A stretch of DNA of 64,000 bases from the human T2T-CHM13v2.0 reference genome, Homo sapiens. The notes beneath the pieces were generated by a model. The model was not told where the DNA came from. It saw only the letters and a list, made by a program, of their open reading frames with translations, and made no database searches. The position numbers and the translations under genes are program-made. Shown one piece after another: positions 43,919 to 57,006 of this stretch (positions are counted from its first letter, which is position 1; each line of letters opens with the position of its first letter). The DNA lies in NCBI RefSeq assembly GCF_009914755.1, contig NC_060925.1. One strand, 5' to 3'.

Positions 43919-45310
43919 TTATATACACAAAGAACATAACTACGTTTTCATATGATAGTGTATAAATGGATAAAAGCCAAAAAAATAGATTTCATCATAA
44001 AAAAGAAATTAAATCTGAGAATAACTTTCCACATCCTTTGAAGAGGGGATGAACACCTCTATTCAGATTTTTACAATTAATGCAATATCTTAGTACTAAG
44101 TTTTTGTTCCAGACAAAAGATACCCTTTGAAGAGTAGGTTAAATGTATTTCAGTAATTTTACAATTTTTGCGGAAACTATAGTTTCACAAAAGGAGTGGA
44201 AATAGAAATGTGCTTTATAGGGGCCATAATATCATAATGTGAGCTCCTAGCTTAAAATTATGATAGCTTACATAGGCTCTAATACAGCATCTCAGATCAC
44301 ATCAAATAATTTAGCAAAAGCACATTTTAATGTAAAAGGTTGTGAGGATGACATACAAAATGGGGCTCTTTTGGGATCTATATCCTGAATATTAAATGGC
44401 CATAATTATAATTATTTATGTAAAGTTATATAAAGAACATATGCATATATTAAACGTAGTACTTTATTTTTACAGAGAGAACGTTTCCCATGACCAAGAG
44501 TCTCTAATTAGTGAGTGACAGACATAGAAAAAGTCATACCTGAGACATTTTACTGTCACCAAAAATATACTTGACTTTTTCTTTCTTCACAAACTGTATG
44601 AAATCATGTCACCTTATTATTATGTTTCCTGTTCATAGATCTTTTATTATTCTATTAATAGTCAATAAGTCCATCCACTCACAGTCTTAGTTGATCTATG
44701 CTGTGTGTAATAGGCCATAACAACTTCTTCTACAGGCTAGCAAATTTTCTAAGTGTTCTTTTGTTTTAAACATTGTGGAGACATCACTTAAATTTTTTTA
44801 AAAAATATTTTCTATTATATATATTATATTCTGTCTTCTCATAAAAATTATGCTCTTTCTGGCTCCCTAATTTTGCTATATCTTCCAGGATCTCTACTGA
44901 TTTTTTCTTTTAAGATTGAGACTAGAGTATTATCAGTTAAATCTACTGGTTTTCCTCTCTTGTAGACTATGATATCTACAAGTAACATATGTGTTGCTTC
45001 TTTTACTTTTAGAATTATTAGATGCATCCCTTGAATTTAATCCCTTGTAATCACATTGATCAGGGAACTGTGCTCTACTGGTAACTGTTGTGATGTGGGT
45101 GACAATGAAAATTCTAATTCGGTCATGGTAATAAGGCAAACATAGCCAAAGTTTTCTTACTAAGTAGATGCTATCTGTACCTTTTTGGTGTGCAATTTTA
45201 TCATTAAAACAGTTCATTTTCAGTGATATTTTCTAAGAGTTTGTAGAAAACATAGATGTGGAATATTTCCAGATGCTTTTCTTTTTTAAGCTTAACTTAC
45301 AAGATTTCTG

Positions 45311-45985
45311 TAAGTGTCCATCAACAGATGAAAGGATAAGGAAAATGTGGTACATATACTCAATGGAGTACTATTGATCCATAAAAGAGGATGAGATCCA
45401 GTCATTTGCAACAACACGGATGGAACTGGAGGTCAAAATATTGAAGGAAATAAGCCAGGCACAAAAAGGCAAACATTGCATGTTCTCACTTATTTGTGGG
45501 ATCTAAAAATCAAAACAATTGAACTCATGGACATACAGAGTAGAGGGATGATTACCAGAGGCTGAGAAGGGTAGTAGGGGGCAGTCGGGAGGAGGTAGGG
45601 ATGATTAATGGGTACAAAAAAAAAATAGAAAGAATGAATCAGACCTTCAATTTGATAGCAGAGTAGGGTGACTATAGTCAATAATAACTTAATTGTACAT
45701 TCTAAAATAACTTAAAGATTAACTTAAAGATTGTAATTATTGAGGGTGGGAGGAGGGAGAGGATCAGCATAAATAAATAAATAGGCAGATAAATAAATAA
45801 AAAAGGCAAAAAAAGTGTAACTGGATTGTTTGTAACTCAAAGGATAAATGCTTGATGGGATGTGTTTCCCATTGCTCATGATGTGTTTATTTGACTTTGC
45901 ATGCCTGTATCAAAATATCTCATGTACTCCATAAATATATACAACTACTATGTACCCACAAAAATTTGTTTAAAAAATAAAAACA
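45311..45985 (+). mobile_element. L1MA2-like 3' end
   Basis: ttatttgtgggatctaaaaatcaaaacaattgaactcatggacata and ctactatgtacccacaaaaatt terminus. Confidence 0.85.
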
Positions 45986-46206
45986 TATAAGGTCTCTCTC
46001 GGAGGCCACTGATGGGGTAAATCACATGGAAATTATGTAGTGTTTTTTCTTTTTTTCTTTTTTTTTTTTTTGCTTACTTTCCTTTTTGGTTAAATTATCC
46101 TAACATTCTTTGGGTAACCCCTAATAATATTATATTGTATAATATTTTTAGATTCATGAATGGAATTATATATATGTATATATATATATATTTTCATAAA
46201 TGAACA

Positions 46207-46597
46207 TGTATTAGTCTGTTAAAACTATAGATGCTATAGTTATACTGCTATAAAGAGCTGCCTGAGACTGGGTAACTTATGAAGGAAAGAAGTTTAATTG
46301 ACTCGCAGTTCCTGTGCTCCCTATAGCTGGGAGGCCTCAAGAAACTTACAATTATGGCAAAAGGGGAAGGGGAAGCAAGCACCTTCTTCACAAGGCATCA
46401 GGAGAGAGAGAGAAAGAGAGTAGAGGAAACTACCCCTTTTAAACCATCATATCCTGTGAGAACTCCCTCAGTATTAGAAGAGCATGAGGGAAACCGCCTC
46501 CATAATCCAATCACCTCCCACCAGGACCATCCCTCAATACATGGGGATTACAATTCAAGATGAGGTTCGGGTGGGGATACAGATTTAAACCATATCA
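46207..46597 (-). mobile_element. THE1D/MSTA-like solo LTR
   Basis: tgtattagtc...aaaccatatca termini. Flanks gaaca / gaatg. Confidence 0.88.
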
Positions 46598-49289
46598 GAA
46601 TGGTTAATGATATTGTTGTATTTTACCAACTATAATCTTCTTAGTGTTATAGTACAATAATGTAAAAAATTGAGTAAATTTGTTTTCTATATTATTCTGT
46701 TTTTGGAAAACATGTATATAGTCAGGGCTGTTTGTCTCAAGAAAATATGGTAAACTCTGCTGTTTTGGTCACTGGTGCCTAGAATTTGGGGATGTACATT
46801 GGTTTTGATTCACATGCACATTTCCTTCTAGTTCACAGTAACTATTTCTAACTATTTCCACGATACCTTGAAAATAATTATTTTTGTTTATTTAATCCAC
46901 TGGGTCTGAGTTTTCAGATCTTTTTTCTATCTACTGCAATGGTTACAATTATTAATTGTTCCTAAAGTTGTACAAAGAGGATTGGGTTCTCAGACCTAGC
47001 TTGTGCCTTTTGGAAGAGAGGTAAGGAGGTAGGAGTAAGGGAGGTAAGAGACATCCATCCTCAATACAAAGAGCAAAGATGTATACCCTCACAAAATATG
47101 GACATTTTACAAAAACCTATTTTTATTACTCTGAGACATTTATTGTTTCTATTCACTTGCATTGACTGTTATCTATCTTCTGGCTCCCCCTTCACCAATA
47201 CTTTGAGAAACCAATGAAGACAACTGAAAGTGGTTGGTTCTTACACATGAGGGAGAATTTTTTATGCATACTCATTATATCCTCATATTGTCCTGGACAG
47301 GTAACTCCTTACCCCATCACCACTTTCAGGCAGAAAATGAGAAGTTTGCCTAGCACTGACTAATAAGGCACTAGGCATCAGTGGCATAATCTCTAGTAAG
47401 TTCTCAAGTGACACTAAAATTGACAATAGATAACAAAGTGTGGAAACCCACTATTCATGAGCTTTATAATCTAATCAGCTGCATAGAACAAGGGCAAAGT
47501 GATCACAATGCACATGAATTGACGTGTTTTATATATTTCTTAAAACAAATACACATATTTGGAAATATTAAAAAGTAAAGACATTAGAGATAAAAATAAT
47601 CATTTGATAAGGTACTACTCAGAGATGTTAAGTGCTAAGATTTTAAATATACTGGTAAATAAAATTACAGGATGTATCTGACACACATGTATCAACTAAA
47701 AAGTCGAATAATATTAATTTATATGATAGTGTATATGCCTACATGTGTATTTACATACGAATACATATATTTATATATACATACTTTTAGGTATTTTTTT
47801 TTTCTGTAAGGACTTGTTTTATTCTGTCTCATAATTGTGTGTTAGAACAATGTAATATTTTAAAAATGATGATAATCATGTATGTTACCTTAAAGCAATT
47901 GTTTCTAAATAAGTGTTTATTCAATTTCCTGAATTGTCTAATAATACTGTGTTCCCACCCCTCCTTCTCCACGCCAATATGGCACACAGTTATCAGAAGA
48001 GAGAACTCTCCTCTTCTGTGGAGTGGGAGGAGAAGTAAGTGGTGCTGATGAGGCTAGCCCTAGATATGGTCTATGTGTGTGGAAACTTCTTGATCTGAAA
48101 ATTAGTCAAAAAAAAAAAAAAACACACACAGCTCCTGGATTTGTTTATTTATTTATTTATTTATTTTGAAGTTTTTTTCATGTCTCTATCTCCTTCAGTG
48201 CCACTCTGAGCTTGGTTATTTCTTGTCTTCTGCTAGCTCTTGTGTTTGTTTGCTGTTGGTTCTCTAGTTATTTTAGTTGTGATGTTAGGGTGTTGATTTG
48301 AGATCTTTCTAGCTTTTTGATGTGGGCATTTAGTGCTATAAATTTTCCTCTAAACACTGTCTTAGCTGCATCCCAGAGATTCTGGTACATTGTCTCTTTG
48401 TTCTCATTGGTTTCAAATAACTTCCTGATTTTTGCCTTAATTTCATTATTTACCCAGAAGTCATTCAGGAGCACGTTGTTCAATTTCCATGTAGTTGTGT
48501 GGTTTTAGCGGGCTTCTTAATCTTGAGTTTTAATTTGATTGCGTTGTGGTCTGAGAGACTGTTTGTTATGATTTCAGTTCTTTTTCATTTGCTGAGGAGT
48601 GTTTTCCTTCCAATTATGTGATCAATTTTAGAGTAAGTGCCATGTGACACTGAAAAAAGATGTATATTATGTTGCTTTTGGGTGGACAATTCTGTACACA
48701 TTTATCAGGCTCACTTGGTCTAGAGCTGAGTTCAAGTCCTGAATATCTTTGTTAGTTTTCTGTCTCAATGATCGTTCTAATACTGACAGTGGGGTATCGA
48801 AGTCTCCCACTGTTATTGTCTGGGGTCTAAGTCTCTTTGTAGGTCTTTAAGAACTTGTTTTATGAATCTGGGTCCTCCTGTATTTGATGCATATACATAT
48901 TTAGAATAGTTATCTCTTCTTGTTTAATTGAACCCTTTAACATTATATAGTGCCCTTCTTTGTCTTTTTTGAGCTTTGTTGGTTTAAAGTCTATTTTGTC
49001 AGAAACTGGAATTGCAACCCCTGCTTTTTTCTGCTTTCCATTTGCTTAGTACATTTTCCTCCATCCCTTTATTTTGAGTCTATGTGTGTCTGTGCACATG
49101 AGATGTGTGTCTTGAATACAGCACACTGACAGGTCTTGTCTTTGTATCCAGCTTGCCATTCTGTGTCTTTTAATTGGGGCATTTAGTTCATTTAAATGGC
49201 CATACTGCCCAAAGTAATTTATAGATTCAATGCTATTCCCATTAAAATACCATTGACATTCTCCACAAAATTAGGTAAAAACTATTTTA

Positions 49290-49629
<340 letters not shown>

Positions 49630-51006
49630 TTACTTGGAACCAAACAGAGCTTGCATAGCCAAGACACTCATACACAAAAAGCAAGCTGGAGGCATCATGT
49701 TACCCAACTTCAAACTACACTACAAGGCTAGAGTAACCAAAACCTCAGCATGGTACTGGTACAAAAACAGGCACATAGACCAATGGAACAGAATAGAGAA
49801 CTCAGAAATAAACTATACGTTTACAACCATCTGATCTTCGACAAACCTGACAAAAACAACCAGTGGGGAAAGGATTCCCTATTTAATAAATGGTGCTGGA
49901 AGAACTGGCTAGCCATATGCAGAAAATTGAAACTAGACCCCTTCCTTACACCTTATACAAAATTAACTTAAGATGGATTAAAGACTTAAATGTAAAACCC
50001 AAAACTATAAAAACCCTAGAAGAATATCTAGGCAATACCACTTAGGACATACACATGGGCAAAGATTTTATGATGAAATTGTCAAAAGCAATTGCAACAA
50101 AAGCAGAAATTGACAAATTGGATCTAATTACACTAAAGAGCTTCTGCACAGCCAATGAAACTGTTATCAGAGCAAGCAGACAACCTACATAATGGGAGAA
50201 AAATCTATCCATCTGACAAAGGTGTAATATCCAGAATCTACAGGGAACTTAAGCAAATTTATAAGAAAAAACATTAACCCCATTAAAAAGTGGGCAAAGG
50301 ATATGAACACACTTCTCAAAAAAAGACATACATGCTGCCAACAAACATGAAACAAAGCTCAACATCACTGATCATTAGAGAAATGCAATTCAAAACCACA
50401 ATGAGATACCATCTCACACCAGTCAGAATGGCAATTATTAAAAAAGTCAAGAAAGAACAGATGCTGGTGAGGTTGTAGAGAAACAGGAGTGCTTTTACAC
50501 TATTGATGGGAATGTAAATTAGTTCAACCATTGTGGAAGGCAATGTGGTGATTCCTCAAAGATTTAGAACGGATCCCATGACTGGGTATATATTCGAGGG
50601 ACTATAAATCATTCTGTTAAAAAATACACACATGTGTATGTTCTTTGCAGCACTATTCACAATAGCAAACACATGGAATCAACCCAAATGCCCATCAATG
50701 ATAGACTGGATAAAGAACATGTAGTACATATACACTGTGGAACACTATGCAGCCATTAAGAGAAACAAAATCATGTCCTTTGCAGGGACATGGATGAAGC
50801 TGGAAGCCATTATCGTCAGCAAACTAAAACAGGAACAGAAAAGCAAACACCGCATGTTCTCTCTTACAAGTGGGAGCTGAACAATGAGAATACATAGACA
50901 CAGGTAGGGGAACAACACTTACTGGGGCCTGTCAGGGGAGGGCAGCTGGGGGGAAAGCATTAGGGAAAAGAGCTAATGCATGCTGGGCTGAATACCTAGG
51001 TGATGC

Positions 51007-52630
51007 TGAGAGGTGACAGCATGCTGGCAGCCCTTGGAGCCCTCGCTCGCTCTTGGCCCCTCCTCGGCCTCGCCGCCCACTCTGGCCGTGCTTGAGGGGC
51101 CCTTCAGCCCGCCGCTGCACTGTGGGAGCCCCTTCCTGGGATGGCCGAGGCTGGAGCTGGCTCCCTTAGCCTGCCGGGAGGCCTGGAGGGAGAGGCACGG
51201 GAGGGAAGCAGGGCTGTGCGCCGCGCTTGCGGGCCAGCTAGAGTTCCGGGTGGGCGTGGGCTTGGCGGGCCCGCACTCGGAGCTGCCGGCCGGCCGTCCC
51301 GGGCAGTGAGGGGCTTAGCACCCGGGCCAGCAGCTGCGGAGGGTGCACCGGGTCCCCTAGCAGTGCCAGCCCACGGGCGCCTCCCCCATCCCCACCCCCA
51401 CCCCCGCCCCCACCATGGGCTCCTGCGCCGCAGAGCCTCCCCGGAGGAGCGTGGCCCCCTGCTCCAAGGTGCCCAGTCCCATCGACTGCCCAAGGGCTGA
51501 GGAGTGCGGGCGCTGTGGGACTGGCAGGCAGCTCTACCTGCGGCCCCAGTGCGGGATCCACTGGGTGAAGCCAGCTGGGCTCCTAAGTCTAGTGGGGACT
51601 TGGAGAACTTTTATGTCTAGCTAAGGGATTGTAAATACACCAATCAGCACTCTGTATCTAGCTCAAGGTTTGTAAACACACCAATCAGCACCCTGTGTCT
51701 AGCTCAGGGTTTGTGGATGCACCAGTCGTCACTCTTTATCTAGCTAATCTGGTGGGGACTTGGAGAATCTTTATGTCTGGCTAAGGGATTGTGAATACAC
51801 CAATTGGCACTCTGCATCTAGCTAAAGGTTTGTAAATGCACCAATCAGCACTCTGTGTCTAGCTCAAAGTTTGTAAATGCACCAATCTGCACTCTGTGTC
51901 TAGCTGATCTGGTGGGGACTTGGAGAACCTTTATGTCTAGCTAAGGGATTGTGAATACACCAGTCAGCACTCTGTATCTAGCTCACAGTTTGTAAATGCA
52001 CCAATCAGCACTCTGTATCTAGCTAATCTAGTGGGGAAGTGGAGAACTTTTGTGTCTAGCTCAGGGATTGTAAATGCACCAATCAGCACCCTGTCAAAAC
52101 GGATCAATCAGCTCTCTGTAAAACAGACCAGTCGGCTCTCTGTAAAATGGACCAATCAGCAGGATGTGGGTGGGGCCAGATAAGAGAATAAAAGCAGGCT
52201 GCCAGAGCCAGCAGTGGCAACCTGCTCCAGTCCCCTTCTAGCTGTGGAAGCTTTGTTCTTTCGCTCTTTGCAGTAAATCTTGTTGCTGCTCACTCTTTGG
52301 GTCCACACTGCGTTTATGAGCTGTCATACTCACCGTGAAGGTCTGCAGCTTCACTCCTGAAGCAGCGAGACCACGAACCCACTGGGAGGAACGAACAACT
52401 CCAGACCTGCCGCCTTAAGAGCTGTAACACTCACCTCGAAGGTCTGCAGCTTCACTCCTGAGCCAGTGAGACCACGAACTCACCAGAAGGAAGAAACTCC
52501 GAACATATCCGAACATCAGAAGGAACAAACTCTGGACACACCGTCTTTAAGAACTGTAACACTCACCGGCAGGGTCTGCGGCTTCATTCTTGAAGTCAGT
52601 GAGACCAAGAAACCACCGATTCCAGAGACA
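51007..52630 (+). mobile_element. LTR12 (ERV9) solo LTR, LTR12C/E-like
   Basis: tgagaggtgacagc...gagaca termini, GC-rich U3 start, CCAAT tandem repeats and U5 repeats. 4-bp TSD atgc/atgg in the L1 3'UTR. Confidence 0.95.
51591..52200 (+). promoter_or_regulatory. LTR12 U3 enhancer/promoter: tandem CCAAT (NF-Y) repeats plus GATA / TATA-like AATAAAA box
   Basis: About 40-bp subunits in higher-order units starting at 51591, 51751, 51911 and 52030. About 8 intact CCAAT. gataagagaataaaag at 52179-52194. Activity at this copy is not shown. Confidence 0.7.
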
Positions 52631-53844
52631 ATGGGTTGATAGGTGAAGCAAACCATCATAGCACACGTTTACCTATGTAACAAACCTGCACGTCTTGCAC
52701 ATGTACCCAGGAACTTGAAAAAAAAAAAAGGTAAAATAATGAAAACCGTAAAAAAGAAAATTAGTCATTAACATAATGCCTCCTTATGTTCATTTTTTTT
52801 TTTAATAGTCTCTCTCCCTGTGCCTGGCTATGACATGAGAAATTCTTAATCTGTTGAAAACCAAAACAACAATGAAGACACAGGGTAGACATCTCAGGCT
52901 TTCTCTGCTTAAATGTGTTACATAAAGAGGAAACTAAATTGCTCTCAGAGGTTTGTCTGAACAAAAAGACTCAGTTCTATCCTAGCCCACTAACTCGATA
53001 CTGTACTCCAAACATGCTCTTTAGGAACCCAAGTGCCATCTGTTAATGTTATTATTTTTATTATCTTATTTCACATATGATAGTACCTTCTGAAAAGTGT
53101 TAAAATTTTTGCTTTCTCCACATTTACATTTTTTATCAACTTCAGATGATTTTCTCCATTATGTAGCACACACAGTAAATGCTCATCAGATACTCTTGTT
53201 GGAATCTATGTTTTCAAGTCATCTTGCATCTCCGGAAAGTTCATATACGATTGGAATTTTGTTTCCTAATACACTTTGTAGAAGCTTTTGGTAAAATCAT
53301 TTGAAGTAGGAGTGTTTTGTTTGCTAATATTGGAAAACTTTTTGTTTCCTTAGTGGTTGTAGGATGTTATTTTTATGTATTTTAGCTTCAGGATTGTTGA
53401 GATTTCCTATCCTAATATTAGTCATTTTACTTAAAAGACTCATTTAATTGTCACAATGTACAGAATGTCTTCTTAATATTTCTAAGGGATTTATAGCAAT
53501 GTAATTTTTACCTGTTTTTCATGACTACCATTGAGATTTGCTACCTTTTTCTTTTTTATCACTACCATGAATTATTGAAAACAGTAGAGCTCTTTTCAAA
53601 GAACAAACTTTTAGTTTTGTGGACCCTCTCTAGCACATATTTATTTAATGTTTTAATATTTGGCTTTATATTTAATTTCATCCTTATACATTCTTTGGCT
53701 TTGTTTTCTGTAATATTTCTCATTTCTGGAACAGATTTTTAACTACATTTTCAGTTTTAAAACTTCAATTGTATGCATCATTTTAAAATATGATCATATC
53801 ATATGCAAATAAAGGCAGATTTACTTCTGCCTTTCTGTACTCTC

Positions 53845-54105
53845 TGCCTATTTTCTCCTTTTCTTCTTTCCTTCTTCCTCCCTTTCTTCCTCCCTCTTTC
53901 TCTTTTCCTCTTTCTTTCTTTCTTCTTTCCTTCTTTCTCCTTCCTTCCTTTTTTCTTTCTTCTCTTTCTTTCTCTTTCTTTCTCCTTTATCTTTCTCTAT
54001 TTCTTTCCCTCTCTCTTTCTCTTTCCGTTTCTTTCTCCCCTCCCTCCCTCCCTCCCTTCCTTCTTTCCTTCCTTCCTTCTCTCTTTCTTTCTCCCTCTTT
54101 CTTTA
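53845..54105 (+). repeat. CT-rich polypyrimidine low-complexity tract
   Basis: About 260 nt, almost exclusively C and T. Confidence 0.95.
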
Positions 54106-54204
54106 TTGTACTGCCCAGGTTCTCTAACATAATGGAGACTCGAGGTGGTAAAAATGTACATCTTAGCCTCTTTTCATTTAAAACAAAGTGAAATTTTACC
54201 AGAA

Positions 54205-54790
54205 ATATTTTGCATATTTTAAGTATACAATTTGGTAAGTGTGACATATGTAAACACCTGTGAAACCATTCACACAATAAAGATAGTGAACATATCCATT
54301 GTCCCCAATAGTTTTCTCATAGCTCTTTGTAATCTCACTCTTCCGAACCCTAACCCCTCTGTCACCCGAACAAACCCCTCTGTCACCTGAACAAACCACT
54401 GATCTGCACTCTGTCATTATAACTTAGTTTGTATTTTACAAAATTTTGCATGAATAAAACCACACGGCATGTGTTATTTTATATCTTCCTCTTGTCACTC
54501 AATATAGTTATTTTGAGATACATTCCATATTGTGCATCAATAGTTCGATCTTTCTATTTTTTATTTCTGAGTACAATTCCATTTTATGGAAATATGATTG
54601 TTTGTTTATCCATGCACTTGTGGTTGAACATATGTTCTCTTTGTAGTTTTTGCCTATTAAAAATAAAGTCAAAACTAGTAATTTAACATGTCTTTGGATC
54701 AGCATGTGTTTTCAGTTATCTAGGAATTTAGTGGTAGACAGAAACGTTTTAATGAACTGTCAGACAGTTAAACTGTTCCTTTACATCCTC
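54205..54790 (-). mobile_element. L1ME1-like 3' end, with a 21-bp tandem duplication at 54352-54393
   Basis: aaagatagtgaacatatccat, aaccactgatctgcactctgtcattata, and aacccctctgtcacc(c/t)gaaca x2. Confidence 0.7.
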
Positions 54791-56539
54791 CACAATACAT
54801 GACATATGTTATTGGGTATAAAGCTTAGTAGGCATTTGTTAAATGAAGATTAAGTGAAAGAAAGACAGATTGAATAAATGTTAGTGCGTATTAGTCTTCT
54901 CAAGCAAGTTTATGTACATATTTATTTATTTACTTTTTACTTTCTTTCTGCAAACGCTATGGTGACTTATCTGGCAAGTTTAGTGTACTGTAGCAGTGGT
55001 TTCTGAGCTTGCTCCTCCCTCCCTAAATAGCTTTAAAAAAATTATTCACATGATTATAAATGTCTCTTTTTAAAGGGTCACTGATAAAAGCAAATTCATA
55101 CGTAAGTGATTGAGTTGAGAATTTCCAAACAAGTCTAATAAATAGAGTAATATACACAAAATCTCAATAGCAATTATAACTGGAGATGGGTAAGAATGGA
55201 AAAGAGAGAGGCAATGTTTCATCCAGAACTTGGCATTACAAAAATTGTGTTTAGATATATGTTGAAAGTAGTGCTGTTTCTCCATCCCTGATATTCCCTT
55301 CTGTTTAGAGGAAGCTTATTAATAAAAGAGTGAATATTCTGCTTGGTATATTTGGGAGACATAAATTTGGGGTATTCTCAGTTCAGCTTTTCCCTCTTTC
55401 TCTTTGAAAATAATGTTCCTTATAGTAAATATTCATTCTGCTTTGCTCCTTCCTATGAGAGGCAGGTTTATTTTGTGAAGTAACCCAGAATTCTAAGACA
55501 CTTTGATTTTGAATATTCATATCGAGGGTATAGCTATAGGAAATCTAGTAGTGTCAAATTTATCAATATTAAAATTTGATATCTGTGTGGCACATCTGAA
55601 TGTTCTCTTTCTGTTTTAGTATTATCTACAAGTGGCTTAGGATTGAGGTGGAACGCAAGAATGTCTTATATTGGAACTTTAATATATTCATTTTTTGTTC
55701 AAATTTTAGTATAAAAAAGGAAACATTAAGTGAATAAAACAACCTCTTTAGAAGATAAAAATCAACCATTCTGTTAGCTACATATCTGAATAATAGTGAG
55801 GTTATCTGGAATCAATTAGACCCCTTTAATTAACAAAACACCAGAACTGTTGATTATCACCTACAAAAACCTGGCTTTCTAATCAGATCTTGATTTAAAT
55901 TGTAATTGTCTTTAAATATTACTACTTATTTTTCAGAGTTTTTGATCATTCATATATAGTGTAATTATTTCTTCCAGATAAAAGTGTTTCTGTAATACAG
56001 TTGTGCTCTTTGATTACAAACTTGATGGAGACTAAACAAAGAAGGAAATGTGGCAGTAGTAAAAATGCAGGGCAAATATATCAGCATGCCAGTTTTACAT
56101 CTGGCTGATATTATGATGACAACAGATCTGTTAAGGCAAATGCTTTCCTGACAAGCTATTTAATTAGAATTACAATCATCTTCCCAGAAATGATCCTTAA
56201 AATAAATTGTCTACTGTAAATGGATGAAAGTAAATAGTTTGCTTCTCCTCAAATCTCCTGAAATAAAAGAGCCAAGACAAAAAGTCTTATAAATACCATA
56301 ATTTTCAAAACGGAAATGTGGAAGAAGCAGTTAACATTAGATAACATTAAGTGCTACTGTGATCAAATTGTTTTTTCTTATGCCACTTTAAAAAATACTG
56401 TTGATAAAGTGATTGTTTCTGTCGCAAGCTGTCATTAGCTGGTGGTTTATTCACAATGCCTCTACATCAGTGAAAAATAAAGGTGCTTAGATTTTTTTAA
56501 ATTAAATGTAATGTAGCACAATACAAGACTATGTGAGAA

Positions 56540-56690
56540 TTCCTAAATGGTTTCAAATCTAAAAACCTGCATTTGCTATTAGGATAACACTGAAAAACTA
56601 ATCTCTTTCAGGCCATTTTCTCATCTATAAATTGGAGAAATGTTTTTTCTTCCTAAGGTATTTGTGAGAATCATAAAAATGCAACACCAC
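56540..56690 (+). mobile_element. MIR fragment
   Basis: cattttctcatctataaattgg..aaggtatttgtgagaatca resembles the MIR core. Confidence 0.5.
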
Positions 56691-56954
56691 TTAAAATAAT
56701 ATCTACAATAATATGGAATGCAAATAGAGAAAAATATATTTTAATACACTGTGTTGCATTGCTTTTATTTTTATGGCAAAAATAATTTTACTTGTCTATG
56801 GCTTTAGAGTATGTGGGTAAAACTGATTTAATAATACCTATTAAATAAGAATATTTACAAAGTAGAGATTATGAAACTTCAAAATTGATAAGGATGCTAT
56901 GTGTCATCTTGGCCCAAATTCCCCTATGACTATTATCGTTTTTATACTAAAGAC

Positions 56955-57006
56955 TTTGTCATGAAAAGCAATGGCAAAAAACATACTTACTTTTGCACCA
57001 ACCTAA
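56955..57006. mobile_element. MADE1 (mariner MITE) half
   Basis: aatggcaaaaa..ttacttttgcaccaacctaa followed by TA. Confidence 0.75.

Noticed and set aside
47994-48040. Small hairpin (cagaagag/ctcttctg) and an adjacent donor-like aagtaagt
   Set aside because: An 8-bp stem and a lone donor motif are expected by chance in 64 kb.
50932-51624. GC-rich multi-frame ORFs and an apparent CpG-island gene start
   Set aside because: This is the GC-rich U3 start of LTR12. Stop codons are rare by composition.
51591-52160. Regularly spaced repeats resembling a CRISPR array
   Set aside because: The units are tandem, with no unique spacers and no cas genes. They are the known ERV9 LTR enhancer repeats in primate DNA.
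53790-54277. Hydrophobic F/L/S-rich and E/R/K-rich ORFs (also 27270-27555)
   Set aside because: Translations of CT/GA simple repeats.
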